From Octopus bimaculoides (Eukaryota), in assembly GCF_001194135.2 (NCBI RefSeq), contig NC_068983.1:91864252-91928251 (forward strand): DNA of 64,000 bases, given 5' to 3'. Made by a program: the position numbers and the translations under genes. Below are positions 22,187 through 34,769 of this stretch, one piece after another; the first letter of the stretch is position 1, and every line of letters begins with the position of its first letter. The notes below the pieces were generated by a model. The model was not told the origin of the DNA. It ran no database searches and saw nothing but the letters and a program-made list of their open reading frames with translations.

Positions 22187-23252
22187 ATTATTATCATTAT
22201 TAAGGTGGTGATTATTATTATTAAGGTGGAATAGTTAGTATACGAGGCAAAATGCTAGTAGCATTTCATCTGTCCTTACATTCTGAGTTGAAATTCCACC
22301 AACGTTGACTTTGCCTTTCATCCTTTCAGGGTCAATGAAAGAAGTACCAGTGGAGCACTGAGGTCAATATAATCGACTAGCCACCTCCTCCAAATTTCAG
22401 GCCTTGTGCCCATAGTAGAAAGGATTATTATTATTATTAAAGTGGCAAGCTGGCAGAATTGTTAGTTTGTCAGGCAAAATGCTTGTCTGTCTTTACATTC
22501 TGAGTTCAAATTCCACCGAGGTTGACTTTGCCTTTCATCCTTTTGGGGTTGATAAAATAAGTACCAGTTGAGTACTGGGGTCAGTGTTATCAACTAACCT
22601 TCTCCCCTCAAATTTCAGACCATGTACTTCTAGTAGAAAGGATTATTATTTCAAATTTTGGCACAAGGCCAGCAATTTCAGGGGAGAAGTAAGTTGATTG
22701 CATTGACCCCAGAACTCAACTGGTACTTATTCTATCGACAAAGTTGACTTCGGCAGAATTTGAACTCAGAATGTGAAGACTGATGAAATGCCACCAAGCA
22801 TTTTACCCAGTGTGCTAAATGCTTGGTAGCATTTCATCAGTCTTCACATTTTGAGTTCAAATTCCACTGAAGTCAACTTTGCCTTTCATCTTTTTGGGGT
22901 CAATAAAATAAGTACCATTCAACTACTGGGGTTGATGTAATCGGCTAGTCACCTACCCTAAAATTTCAGGCCTTGTGCCTGTAACAGAAAGGATTGTTAT
23001 TATTATTATTATCAACATAGTTGTTATTATTAAGGCAGTGAAGTGGCAGAATTGTTAGCAAGCTGGGCAAAATGCTTAGTGGTATTTTGTCTGTCTTTAC
23101 ATTCCATGATCAAATTCCACCAAAGTCAACTTTGCCTTTCATTCTTTTGGGGTGGATAAAATAAGTATTAGTTGATCATTTGGGTCAATGTAAAAGATTT
23201 ACCCCTCTGCTGAATTTGCTGGCTTTGTGCGTATGATTATTATTATTATTAT
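21918..23252 (+). mobile_element. Cluster of about six family-A SINEs linked by (ATT)n tails, one inverted (22651-22815)
   Basis: Repeated AAGG(C/T)GG..GCTGGCAGAA..GAGTTCAAATTCC..GACTTTGCCTTTCATCC..AGGCCTTGTGCC..AGAAAGGATTATTATT at ~21918, 22223, 22439, 22816, 23031. Confidence 0.9.
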
Positions 23253-23529
23253 TAGACAATACGAAGAGCACGATGTAATTGCAATAGATGTCTAGCCTGT
23301 CTTTGTTGAGTTCGAAATGGAAAGTGATACATAGAAATTCAAATTCAAAATTTGAACCAGGCAACCACCCATATTGATGGAATGACATCTTCAGTTCTCA
23401 ATTTTCAAGTCTACAACTGGCAAAAAGAAAAAGAAAAGGAAAAAGAAGAATATTTAATCAAACAGTTTTGTGTAAATACGTTGAAATTCTCCTGTCATTT
23501 CATTCATCCCTCTAGGCGTGATGTTAATA

Positions 23530-26460
23530 ACTCACAAACATATTTCTCCTCATGTACTTTGAGGACAGACAGTGTGGCAGATTCAAAATATTTTCTGAGA
23601 ATATGCACTTTCAAGTCTTTCAAAATTGCAGCTGTTTGATGTAAAATGTTCAGCAAGTTGTCGAACGACTATCATTGTACCTGACATCATATCTGTGCCC
23701 ATTGAATCTTTTGTTTAATTGTTCTGTTGTACATAAAACAAGTTGAGTTTGGTGCTTTCTGCTGCATACACCAATTGGGAATCTCGATATGTCCCACCTT
23801 CCATGTAAATCAGGCCCAGGAAGACCTGGGCAGAGGTGGTGAGGCAAGACCTTCGAACATTGGGCCTCACCGAGGCGATGACTTCTGACCGAGACCTTTG
23901 GAAATATGCTGTGTGTGAGAAGACCCGGCAAGCCAAGTGAGACCTAAATCCAAGGCCTCTGCCAGGGGTGTAGCCAGCCCACTTATGCGTAACGTTCCTT
24001 CTTTGGACACTAAACTCTGCTTGCGAAGACCTGTTGAGGCAAGTGAAATCGAAACCGAACTAAATTCGATGAATGGCACCCATGCCAACGTCGTCTCCTT
24101 CATTGGACACGAAACTCAGCTTGCGAAGACTTATTGGGGCAAGCGAAAGCGAAATCGGGATGGCACCTGTGCCCAGCGTCGCCTTTCTGGCACTTGTGCC
24201 CATGGCCTGTGTAATGGACTTTCGAGCGAGATTGTTGCCAGTGCCCCTGGACTGACTCTTGTGCGGGTGACACATAAAATACACCATTTGAGCGTGGCCG
24301 TTGCCAGTACCACCTGACTGGCCTCGTGCGGGTGGCACGTAAAAGCCCACTACACTACACTCTCAGAGTGGTTGGCATTAGGAAGGGCATCCAGCTGTAG
24401 AAACTCTGCCAAATCAGATTGGAGCCTGGTGTAGCCATCCGGTTCCACCAGTCCTCAGTCAAATCGTCCAACCCATGCTAGCATGGAAAGCGGACGTTAA
24501 ACGATGATGATGATGATGATGATAGAATTGACTTGACTTACATTGTTGCACAATGAACAGGGCTTATTTCTCTTGTGGCTGTTTTTCAAAGTACAGCATG
24601 CAGAAACTCTAATGTTAGTTTTCTTGGAGACAGAACTAGCGGTCAAAGTTCTCTTATATTTTTATTTCGTGTAAAGGCTACAATAGGTGGCTGAGGAAAT
24701 ATATGTTTGAAACGAGGATATTTTTCTGCAACATGCTAGGAACTTTCATGTAACACTTTTGAAATGCTGGCAAAATTTTGGTGCCAGTTAATCACTAAAG
24801 GAATTCTGTCACATATTGTACTTTGTTTGCTAAAATTATGCATGAAAGTTTGACTTTCCTTGCTAATCTTAGCTATGTCATTTGCAATTTCCTTTAACTG
24901 TGATTCACTGTAACTGCATTTGACATAATGGTGTACAAAAGCATTTGCATGTTTCCAGTAATCTCCTATATCAGTACAAATCCGTTTTGTCATCAAAAAT
25001 TGGGATTTTGGATTTGATTGAATTATATGATGTGGATGATCAGAGCAGCAGTGGAGGTAAATGTGGGATGATGTGAGCTTGCAAAATAGCTCTGTCACTA
25101 TTTTGCTTCGAGAAAACTTAACTTTTGTGTTCAAAAATTCATTCAACACCACTTTTTGAAAAAATAGACATAAATTTTATGTTTGTAGTGATGATATATG
25201 TTCGGTATCAAGTATTGAAATGGCTGTGTGTAAATTATTAGAAGAATTCTTACAGAGAAGAAGAATAAATTTAAGAACTATATATTTACTACATAAAAAT
25301 ATTTTTTATTCATTGGTTGTCGATGAAACATAATCAAAATGCAGAATCTAGTTGAATGAAGTAATCTATGCAAGAAAGTTCAGAAATATAGAAATAACAG
25401 TTAAGTGGTGGTTTTCAGTCATGTGGCATAGAGAAATAGACAGGCATAGCAACAATGTGAATGGCTCAGAGTCTAGTCAACTAAGAAGCAAAGAGCAAGC
25501 AAGCAAGCTAGACATTCTAGAAACTTTCAAGAGAAATGCGAAGCTTCTTGAATAATTAAGAATTACTTCTCATGACGTAGATGTTTTGAGAAACTTATTA
25601 AAGGAAGATTACTTTATAAAACTTTCTGCAAGATAGATCATTCAACTATTTTAGCTACAGACCACAAACTACATGTTGGACTTAAAGCCATAGTTTTTAG
25701 CATAACAGTCAGAGAAATTGCAAGAAGTCAATAAACTATCAGGTGATCCTTCCCAAACAAAAAAGACGTCATCAATGAACTAGAAACAGAGTATTGGTTC
25801 ATGACCATGTATGGATTTGAATGTCTTCAGTAACTGTATCACGAATTTTGTCATGAAGATATAAGCGAAATTAACTTGCCATGGGGGTACCCATGGTGCA
25901 ACCCCTTGCCTGGTGGTAAAATTTTTGTCCAAACTTCATTGTGCTACTTTGTAACACAAACTTCAATACCCTACAGAGAAAATTAGATGGAATACTTTTG
26001 CTTGACCATTTTTCGAAGGCATTCATGCATGCTTCTACTCCTTAATCATGGTCGATATTGGGATATAAGGAAGAAACATCCATGCTTATCAAAATACAGT
26101 TTTTGACATGGCTTCGGTGCTTAAAAAAGTTGCTGATTTTAGACACAAAATTATAAGTATCCTGAATATAGGAATTTTATATTTTTGTGACAGAGAATAG
26201 AAAGCCATCCAGTCACTCAGAAATTTTGGTTGTACAACATTCATATCTGCTGCAAATTGAATGTATTGGAAGAAAAACTTTTTGTGTATTTTGGGTAGAC
26301 CATAAAATACAAGTGTTCTTTCTGACCGTAAAATCCTAGATTTGGCCTTATGAATGAAATTGTTTTCCTCCATTTCCAGAATTATTTTATCTAGTTCCTC
26401 ACTGTAATTGGGGTTTGGATTGACAGGTAATCCAAATTTGGGATCTGAACAGTCAACCAA
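23530..26460 (-). mobile_element. PLE (Poseidon-type), decayed, interrupted by an RTE 3' fragment and ~0.6 kb of other sequence
   Basis: FYGLPKIHK (26089-26460), ISMDVSSLYPNIDH, FIDDVFFVW (~25750-25780), TELFCKLTSSHIYLH..HP, PPIVAFTRNKN, SQLVYAAE..EQLNKRFNGHRYD (23650-23800). Confidence 0.85.
23812..24523 (+). mobile_element. Relatively young RTE LINE 3' fragment inserted in the PLE
   Basis: RPRKTWAEVVRQDLRTLGLTEAMTSDRDLWKYAV..; CpG-retaining 3' UTR and (GAT)n tail; no clear TSD. Confidence 0.9.
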
Positions 26461-26669
26461 AATTTACTTCACTGGCAAAGACCCAGTTACTGGAACCTGA
26501 ATGTGTCACTCCCAGCCAAGCTTATAGAGACTACATTAGTGAATTAGTTAAGTGGGCATTAACTGGATCAATCATGAACAAGAAATAGTAGTTTGTCCTG
26601 AAATGGGAAATTTGAATAGAATTGATTACGTTTAGTACGGTATTAGCAATAAAAAGAAATAAAATAGAA

Positions 26670-28330
26670 ACTTAGAGGCACTTAAGAAAGGCATTGCAAC
26701 TGATGTGCTCAAGGCATGATTGTCCCTGGACCAATTCTTCAACACTAAGCACAAATGATGCAGTGTCAGAGCTAAGGATATGCTCTAAGACATGAGGGAA
26801 CAAAAACTGCTTGATGTATTCAAGTGGAAGACGCATAGCATAGTAACAAAGCCACAATTCAGTCTTTGGTGAACTAAAACGAGTGCATTGTACTCGAGCC
26901 TGAGCAATGTGATTTGCATGGCATTTCAGCAGCACTCCATCCAATAGTTTGGCATGAATAGCAGACCAGAACACAGGGTGGGCTTCAGTGCCTACCTCAA
27001 CAGCTAGCCACGACTCTTGGTAAGGAAAGTAGAGCATTGCAAAAGGCTGATAACAATTATGGAAATACAGGATGCATGGGAGTGCAAATCACCATGTGTG
27101 GATGATCTGCCTTATGAGCTTTACATTTATATGCCAGACTTGTTTGGTGGTTTCTTAGTACATATCTACTGCAACTGGCAGTAGAACAGGAGAATTTCTA
27201 GTTATGTGAGCCAAGGAGTGATAGAGAAGAAAAGACCCAAACAAGGGGGAATCAAACAAAATTTTAGGCCAATAATGCAAATTTCAAAATTTTAACAAAG
27301 GTGTGTTCATAAAGGTTAGCACTTGTTGTTGATTGGTGATGTGCAAACGTACATTGTCCCAAGTAGATCTATCCACAACAACATCCACCTTATATAATAC
27401 ATCATGGAGAGGGTGGCTAAAGAACCTGATTGATTTGTATCAACCAAAAGCTTTCGATACGTTCGACCACCAAAACTTGGTGGCTGTTCTCACAGTTTCA
27501 GTCCTGTTTTCTGTAGCTGAATTGCTGTAATATACAGTGACATCTGCTTGGTAGTTTGGGTGAATGGTTATCTATTGGAACCATTCACCATCATGCTTAT
27601 GGTTCGTCAAGGGTGTTCCCTCTTCTCTCTTCTGTATGTACTGATTCCAGAACCACTACTGTGGAAATTAAAGGCATTGAGAAGTATCCTACTAATGGGA
27701 GAACCATGTTGGCATGCACAGATATCACTGTCATAGTGTCCAACACCGGGCACTGCTCTAAAAGAATATGAGGAGGTAACAGGAGCAAAAATTAATCAAG
27801 AAAAGTCAGTGGGCCTGCAGTTCGGCATCTGGAGAGGCAGGTCCATGCAGTTTAATAATGTTGTGGGATGCTGGAGTGAGGGAGCAGTTAAACTTCTTGG
27901 AGTCTGGCTTGGTCTGGATCTCCAGATGGAGAACTGGGATGAGGTGACAAGCAGGGTGGCTAATCACACTCAGAAATGGGCCAAGAGAAAGCTGTCTCTG
28001 AAAGGTAGCGAAGAGGTGATGAATGCACACACTGCCTCCATTATATATTATTGCCTAACTGTCATCTTTTGAGCTAGTTAACATCTGAGCAAATGGGAGT
28101 GCATACTCCTCCCTTTTCTGTGGAAGGGGTAAATTTCACTGGTTGGGTACTCCATTTCTTGTCAACACCCACTGAATGGAGGACTGGGCATGTTGTGGCT
28201 GATGATGCGCAGACAAGTGCTGGGGCTATGAAATCTACAGTACTTCCTTGATAGTGAGCAGGTGTAGTCACCATTTGTCAGATCTGCTCTCCTGCAGCTT
28301 GTCTCTTTGACTGAGCTGCAGTCCTGGATC
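26670..28330 (+). mobile_element. Tx1/L1-group LINE ORF2 fragment
   Basis: Plus-strand, stop-interrupted: EALKKGIATDVLKA*LSLDQFF, KSPCVDDLPYELY..MPDLFG, SIHNNIH, KAFDTFDHQ, VRQGCSLFSLLYVL..EPLL, GAKINQEKSVGL, VKLLGVWLG, WAKRKLSLKG. Confidence 0.82.
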
Positions 28331-28937
28331 AAATTCATCTTATCACAAGTAGATTTGATGTCTTAACTCTAGAAGATGGTTTTTATTGAGAAACTGACAT
28401 GTTAGTAGGATTAAAAAAAAAGAAAACATACATTATCAACATAATATGCATGGGGAAACAAAACTTTTAAATGCAGCAATATTTCTTTTGCATTTTCAGA
28501 GAAGATCCTATCTTCTAGAATAACTGCTAGAATTCTTGTAACAAGATATAGAATATAAAGTATTGCTACCAACTTCGTTTATAAGAGTATCAAAAACAAC
28601 AAAAAATATATTTAAAAAGTAATATTTATTATCAAATTGCTTTCAATATTTTCAAAATCAGGTGATTAAAACAAATATACTGTCACACATTGTGAAATTA
28701 AAAGACCATTATTTAAACAATTTTAATTGGATTTTTGGTTTTGTTTCTTTTAATCACTTTCTTTTTTGCTTCTTGATTCTTATGCTAGTACTACAAAGTG
28801 AAATTTGTTATTGCTTTACTGTTACAGTATACAGGTATACATTGTCAAAATTTGCTGAGAGGGTAGTGAAGGGTAGGTAGCATGGAAGATAAATTCAGCG
28901 TTCTTAATTGTTAATCAAGAATCTTTTAAGTATTATA

Positions 28938-29139
28938 CAGGGTGGACCAAAAGTCATGCACAAAATGAGTTTTGGAATTGTTAAAGACATGTTTCAATTT
29001 TTCTAAAATCGAATAAAAGAAATAAAATAATGATGAATACACATGTACTTGTACATGATGAACAAAATGGATAGTAATGATAACAATGTAATATAAATAA
29101 AATATCAAATGTCTTGGTGCGTGACTTTTGGTCCACCTG
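28938..29139. mobile_element. 202-bp Tc1/mariner-superfamily MITE
   Basis: TIRs CAGGGTGGACCAAAAGTCATGCAC / reverse complement CAGGTGGACCAAAAGTCACGCAC; TA flanks. Confidence 0.88.
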
Positions 29140-30444
29140 TATATATATTTATAATGTTTGCATATGTCATTTGCATAGTATATATTGCTTACCTATTTGC
29201 ATAATATATGGTGTACATATATATTATAATTTATATTATTATATTTAATAATAAATAAATTACTTACATGTTTGCATTAAAGCAAAATGCAAAAAAATCC
29301 TTCAAAATAATGCAGAATTTAAGCTACATCTTCAGGTGAAAGAAAGTCTTATCATTTTCTCTTGTATCATACTATATATTCTATGTTTTTGTAGAATGAT
29401 ACATCAGGCAGCTATTTTTATGAGTACTACTGGATTATTTGAATCAATCTACTGTGACATACATATATATATATATGATTAATAGTTATTTGCAGGACCA
29501 AACTGAATCAAGGTATTTTAATAAGGAGAACAAGTTAGGGTTAGAATAGCATATCTGTGTATCAACAGTATACACAAATATAGAACCTTAGTTAAGATTT
29601 TATATATATATATATATATATATATACAAAAAAAAAAATAATTGAGAGTTTATGCCAAATAACAAACAAAACAATCTGAAAGAAAAGTAGTGAATAGCCA
29701 GATGTTCTACTCCTTATGCTATAGAAACATAACTATTTTGTATTTTTGGATAAAGTATACCTACATATTTTTTCTAGTTCTGTGAAGACTTACATCATTG
29801 TAGATAGATGTCTAACAACTCAGTAACTTAACTTTCACTTTATCATTTATCACCCTTCCAATGTGTGAGTATGTGATCTCAACCTTTAACTAATAGATCA
29901 AAGGAATCGAGATGTCCCACTTCCAAATCTTGAACTCAGAGACTGAGATCTATCAATGATTGATTTCCGTTGAGTACTGTTCAGATGAACAGCTTCCAAG
30001 TCATGTTCTCGGTTAAAAGGTTGTCGTTGAACAGGCTCATCACTGTCTATCTGAAAAAAAAGAAAGATCAGTCAGTCAATGTGAAGGGCAGACTTCATTT
30101 ATATATATAGATTTATGCCTAAAGTATAGCAAGGTATTGAATCTACTGTATTTCAGAGACTGGGAATTATGAACTCAAAATATCAAAATACCATCACCAT
30201 ACAAGCCATGAATTTAAACACTTACTTATCAGCAGAGCAAGTGTTTTTAAAGTTAGATGTCATTCCTACAGCTAACCACTTCAGTAGCACATTTGTCACA
30301 GCCTACCTGGTTGATAATAACTAAGAGAATAATATACTTAAATAGTTGTGAAAAAATTTGAGAACAATAGAATGAAATGAAAACAAGCTTTAATGACATT
30401 GCTTTGGAACTAACACCACCTTGTGTGTATGTGTGTGTGTGTGT

Positions 30445-30489
<45 letters not shown>

Positions 30490-30490
<1 letters not shown>

Positions 30491-30665
30491 TCATTTCATC
30501 ATGTTAAACTGTTAATCCCAACTCATTTTTTTCTCCCTTCATTTTTTCCTCTCATCCATTTCAAAGAGCATAAGCTTGTAACATCAAAGACTTTTTCATT
30601 CTTTCTGAATGTCACCTGCTTGTTGTTCCCTTATCTGTCTTTGTCATTTGTTTTCTGTACATTTG
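30490..30665 (+). repeat. Degenerate copy of the PLE-terminus-like repeat
   Basis: TTAATCCCAACTCATTTTT..AAAGAGCATAAGCTTGTAACATCAAAGACT..CACCTGCTTGTTGTTCC followed by (TA)n. Confidence 0.55.
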
Positions 30666-30719
30666 AACTATATACATGTATATATATATATATATATACA
30701 TATATATATTTTATCATAC

Positions 30720-30960
30720 AAAAAAGTGTAAGTGTCTTGAGAGAAAAATTGGGCATAAGAGACATCCGATAAGAAGACTGCATTGGTACTGTCATGTGAT
30801 GCGTATGGACAAGGACAGTTGTGTAAAGAAGTGCCGATCTCTACCTGTGAAAGGAACCTGTAGAATTGGTATACCTAGGAAGCCAAGTGAAATCGTAGGT
30901 GTCGCCAGTGTCAGTGACATGTAAAAGGCTCCTGTGCTGGTGACACAAAAAAAGCACATG
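30720..30960 (+). mobile_element. RTE LINE 3' fragment
   Basis: RRLHWYCHVMRMDKDSCVKKCRSLPVKGTC. Confidence 0.8.
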
Positions 30961-31683
30961 TGAAGCTGTTTCACATATATATATTTGGATGCATTCATGG
31001 TTCAATTTTATCAATCGAGCAATTGATAAAATTGAACCATAAAAGCACCCTAATGCATACCTGAAACAGCTGTAAGCCTATAATAAATAAATAAATAAAT
31101 AAATAAATAAATGTATATAACCCATTATTTCTGTCTATTTTATGTATCACTCTGTAAAAGCATTCTATTTAACTGGGTAGTGCAGCCCTGAATTTACAAA
31201 TTTGACTGGTGATGGACTTCAACTTTGGCTTTTGAGTTTGGATTACCTGAGGTACAATAGCAATCATAACATTTTTTTGTTAGTCTGGTATATTTTTATC
31301 TACAGAGAGCTGAATAAATATTTCACCTGGATTAATATCCCTTATTAACTTCTCTTTGTTTTATTTATATGTGTGTGTGTGTATACACACACACACACAC
31401 ACACAATGTTATGCTTGATATGCAAGAAAGAGTATGCATGAATTTCATTCAGTGTACTTAATATAAACTGTGAGTTTGCAAGATAGTAGGCTCACAGAGA
31501 AAAAAAATACTTTGTATGTGACGTATGTACAGAATAGTTAGAACATCAGTAAAATAAATTCTTTTCCATTGCTTGGAAAGTGTCATGTTGAAAGCTTCTG
31601 TTAGCTAATCAGCAATGGATGTAGGTGCTCTGAAAGCATTATTGCCTGAATAAGAAAGGGGTGAAAAAGCTCTGGGGACAGTT

Positions 31684-32000
31684 AGTTACCTCAGCTGGCA
31701 ACAAAGGGATTCTCTCTTCAACTGAAGATTGAATGATGCTTCTGTATGAAGTGTTACGTTGCAAGGCAGTGAGATGTGGGCACTAAATGAGAGGATGAGT
31801 GAAGATTGGAAAGAAATGAAGTGAGCATGCTTTGCTGGATGTGCAATGTTAGTGTACATGAACAAGGCACAAATGAGATTAAAGAAAAACTTGGGATGAG
31901 GGAATAAGATGTAGTGTGCAGAAGAGAATACTACTCTGCTAAGGACATGGAATATATATGGATAATGATAGTTTGGTAAAGAAGTGACAGGAGATCCAAG
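31684..32000 (+). mobile_element. RTE LINE fragment
   Basis: Homologous to the LPLLATKG..LHGSETW..ERNEVSMLRWMCNV segment of other copies. Confidence 0.7.
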
Positions 32001-32282
32001 TGAACAGAAGCTGTGGATTAAGAATGTCATGGTTAAGAGAGATACTGATTAGGAGGATGTTGTGTCACACTAAGGAGATGACAATGGAAAGCAATGAATG
32101 TACAGCACTAAATGAAAAATAACTGTTGGAACACAGTTACTGCACCACACAGTTTCTAGGTGACAGTCATATTAAGATGACTGCTTCTACATCATTTAAA
32201 TCAAGAGATATGTATCTCATTAAACATTTCTCTTCATGGGAAATAAATTATGTAAACCAGTTCAGATTATTTGTAACAGAGA

Positions 32283-32430
32283 CAGGTATGGCTGTGCAAT
32301 CATGAAGCTTGCTAACCAAGCATGGTTTCAGTCTCATTGCATGGCACTTTTATAGTTTTGGCCAACAAAAGACTTGTACATGAATTTTGTAGATATAAAC
32401 TGAAAGAAACCTATTGTATGTACACAGACA
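32283..32430 (+). mobile_element. SINE 5' part (family B head), decayed
   Basis: CAGGTATGGCTGTG..AAGCTTGCTAACCAAGCATGG..CATTGCATGGCAC..AAAAGACTTGT..GTAGATATAAACTGAAAGAAACC; similar to 61880-61990. Confidence 0.55.
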
Positions 32431-32634
32431 TCTCAAGAGTAAATAGATACCCCTCATTATTCCATTTTATATGTGGAGACTACCTGGTACTTCAAGCTTG
32501 TTCATGTATAGGGAAGTCCAGAAGTCACGAAGGAGTTTCAATATTTAACATCTCGTTTATTTTGTTTAAAAATTGTGATATTTTAGTAGGTAAATTATAG
32601 AAAAACGATGTGAGATTTATTTCTCCTAGGTGTG

Positions 32635-33184
32635 AAAGATAGCCCCATAGAAAAAATTCTGGAGCAGTTAGATCTGGAGAATGAGATGGCCAGTTTATCT
32701 CTGGAAATCGAGAAATTAATTTTCTATCAAAAATTTGCCTGAGGATTTCCATTGTGCTCCTTGCTGTGTGAGCTGTGGTTCCATCCTGCTGAAACTACAT
32801 ACCAGACATATCTTGAACTGCTGGACGTAAGAAATTCTGGATCATGGAGTGGTATTCATCTCTAGTGATAATAACAGTGCCTCCATCCTTGTTTTCTGAA
32901 GTCATCCTACACATATTCTTGGAAAGTCACTTACTGATCCTTGATCCTCAAAAAGTCCAGTTAATCACCTGATAATCACTTGGATAATTCATTGCTCCAT
33001 AATTTTGACAATATGCTTGTTGAATCTAAATTTTTAATCCTTAGTTTTGGTAATAAAATTTCACAATATGTGTTCACTGTTCAGTAGTGTACTTTTCCAT
33101 ACTTAAATTTTAGGGTCTGAAATAAAATAATTATTAAAAAAGTTATTGAATATTGAAACCTCTTTGTGACTTCTGTCCACCCTG
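32635..33184 (-). mobile_element. Tc1/mariner-superfamily (rosa/maT-like) internally deleted transposon
   Basis: Minus strand QQDGTTAHT..LISRFPEINWPSHSPDLTAPEFFLWGYL; terminus CAGGGTGGACAGAAGTCAC at 33184 followed by TA. Confidence 0.75.
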
Positions 33185-33229
33185 TATTAATATTTTCTAT
33201 ATTGTTTATAGTAACTAACCATGCTGTGA

Positions 33230-33950
33230 AAAGAGTTGTCTCATATTCAAAGAAGGCATATTGTAGGTCTATCTAAGGGTAAATTTAGCCAGCACACGAC
33301 TGCACAAAACCTTTGGATTCCTCTTGCCACAGAGAGGCTGTACAATCCATCAGCAAATGAAAGGAGTGAGGTAATAAGATGTTGGAAAGGTCCATGGGGT
33401 TCTGGGAAACTGTCATATTCTCAAATGAATCAAGATTTGCACAACTTTCTGACAGTGGATGTGTGTGAGTCTGGAGATTGCCTGCCTAATCAAGAGTCTG
33501 ATTTAACAAACTGTGAAACAAGGCGTTTTTTCAGTGATGGTATAGGGAGAAATCTGGAGTACTGATTGTTGAGAACTGTAAGTGTATTGGCGATATAAAT
33601 TTGGAAAAATACCCTTCCATCCTTCAGAATGAACTTTTCACAATTTTCTCCAGTAGTCAGATGGTAAAAAATGACACCTTATTTATGGAAGATGGTGCTC
33701 AATGCCACACAGTCATAAAAGACCATTGACAGACAGGAGTAAAACAGAATCAGAAGAGTTCTTTGGTCAAGCCAGTCTACTGATATGAACCCAATTGAAT
33801 ACTTTTGTGGCATACTGGACTGAGTAGTGTAAAAAAACAAAAAAAAAAAAAGCATGAAAACTAACATTTATTCAACGTGGGCAGAAATTCTAAGGGATAT
33901 AATTCATTAGTACATTGCAAATGGGCTAAGTCTTTAAAAACAGCACAGTT
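33230..33950 (+). mobile_element. Highly decayed Tc1-like transposase relic
   Basis: QRRHIVGLSKG..; FMEDGAQCH; WSSQSTDMNPIEY (cf. WPxxSPDLNPIE). Confidence 0.5.
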
Positions 33951-34769
33951 GCACAGAGTATAAATACATCAAATGACTGTGTGTGTGGGTGTATACACAC
34001 TCAAATCTGGTCCTGTGTCGCAAGACAGTGTAGGAGAGAGAATAGTGATGTAGTAGGAGAGAANNNNNNNNNNNNNNNNNNNNNNNNNNNNNNNNNNNNN
34101 NNNNNNNNNNNNNNNNNNNNNNNNNNNNNNNNNNNNNNNNNNNNNNNNNNNNNNNNNNNNNNNACCCATGCTAGCATGGAAAGTGGACGTTAAACAATGA
34201 TGATGATGATGATCCATTCACTTTGCATTTTACCATTGCATCACCCTTAATTTAACATGCCTCTTCTTTAAGGTAATATGTAGCCTGCTTGCTGTTGTTC
34301 TCTCAATATCAGTAGTTTTGCCTCTCATACATGAAAGTTTTTGCAGCTCGCTTGTTCACATTACCACTCCCACTGCCTACATTGGAAATCTTTTTCCTGT
34401 CCCCCACTGATCCTTTTTGTCTGTATCAGCAATGAATCAACTTACTCCCTCCCCAAAACTTGCTGACCTTGTGCCAACATTTGAAATCATTATTTATTTA
34501 ACTATGTATAAATAACAGTTGTAAACTACTCTAGTAGCAAATGCAGCAAGTGCAAAATGAAAGATTGATGGTAAATTACATGTGAGTACAAACCAAAAGT
34601 GTGTAAATCTGCCAGCTGCTAGCAAACCAGAGCACAATCCTTGTTATCTCTCACAAGTGCAAATGTATTTATGTAGTAATCAACCAACCATCAAAGAGCT
34701 TTCTAATTGACAATACACCCCACCCATTTCCTGTGGATTCCAAAAATTTAGGAGAGTAACCATAAATAA

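Noticed and set aside
25985-26045. Hammerhead-like GAAA..GUC on the minus strand
   Set aside because: Lies in PLE RT coding sequence (GVEACMNAFEKWSS) and lacks CUGANGA.
26672-27037. 121-aa minus-strand ORF that looks like a host exon
   Set aside because: The plus strand reads as decayed Tx1/L1 ORF2 (EALKKG..LDQFF, KSPCVDDLPYELY), so the ORF is an antisense shadow.
29301-29340. UUCAC-CUGAAGA-UGUAG..CUGCA..UGAA (minus strand) hammerhead relic
   Set aside because: GAAA and stem III are missing; at best a dead remnant.
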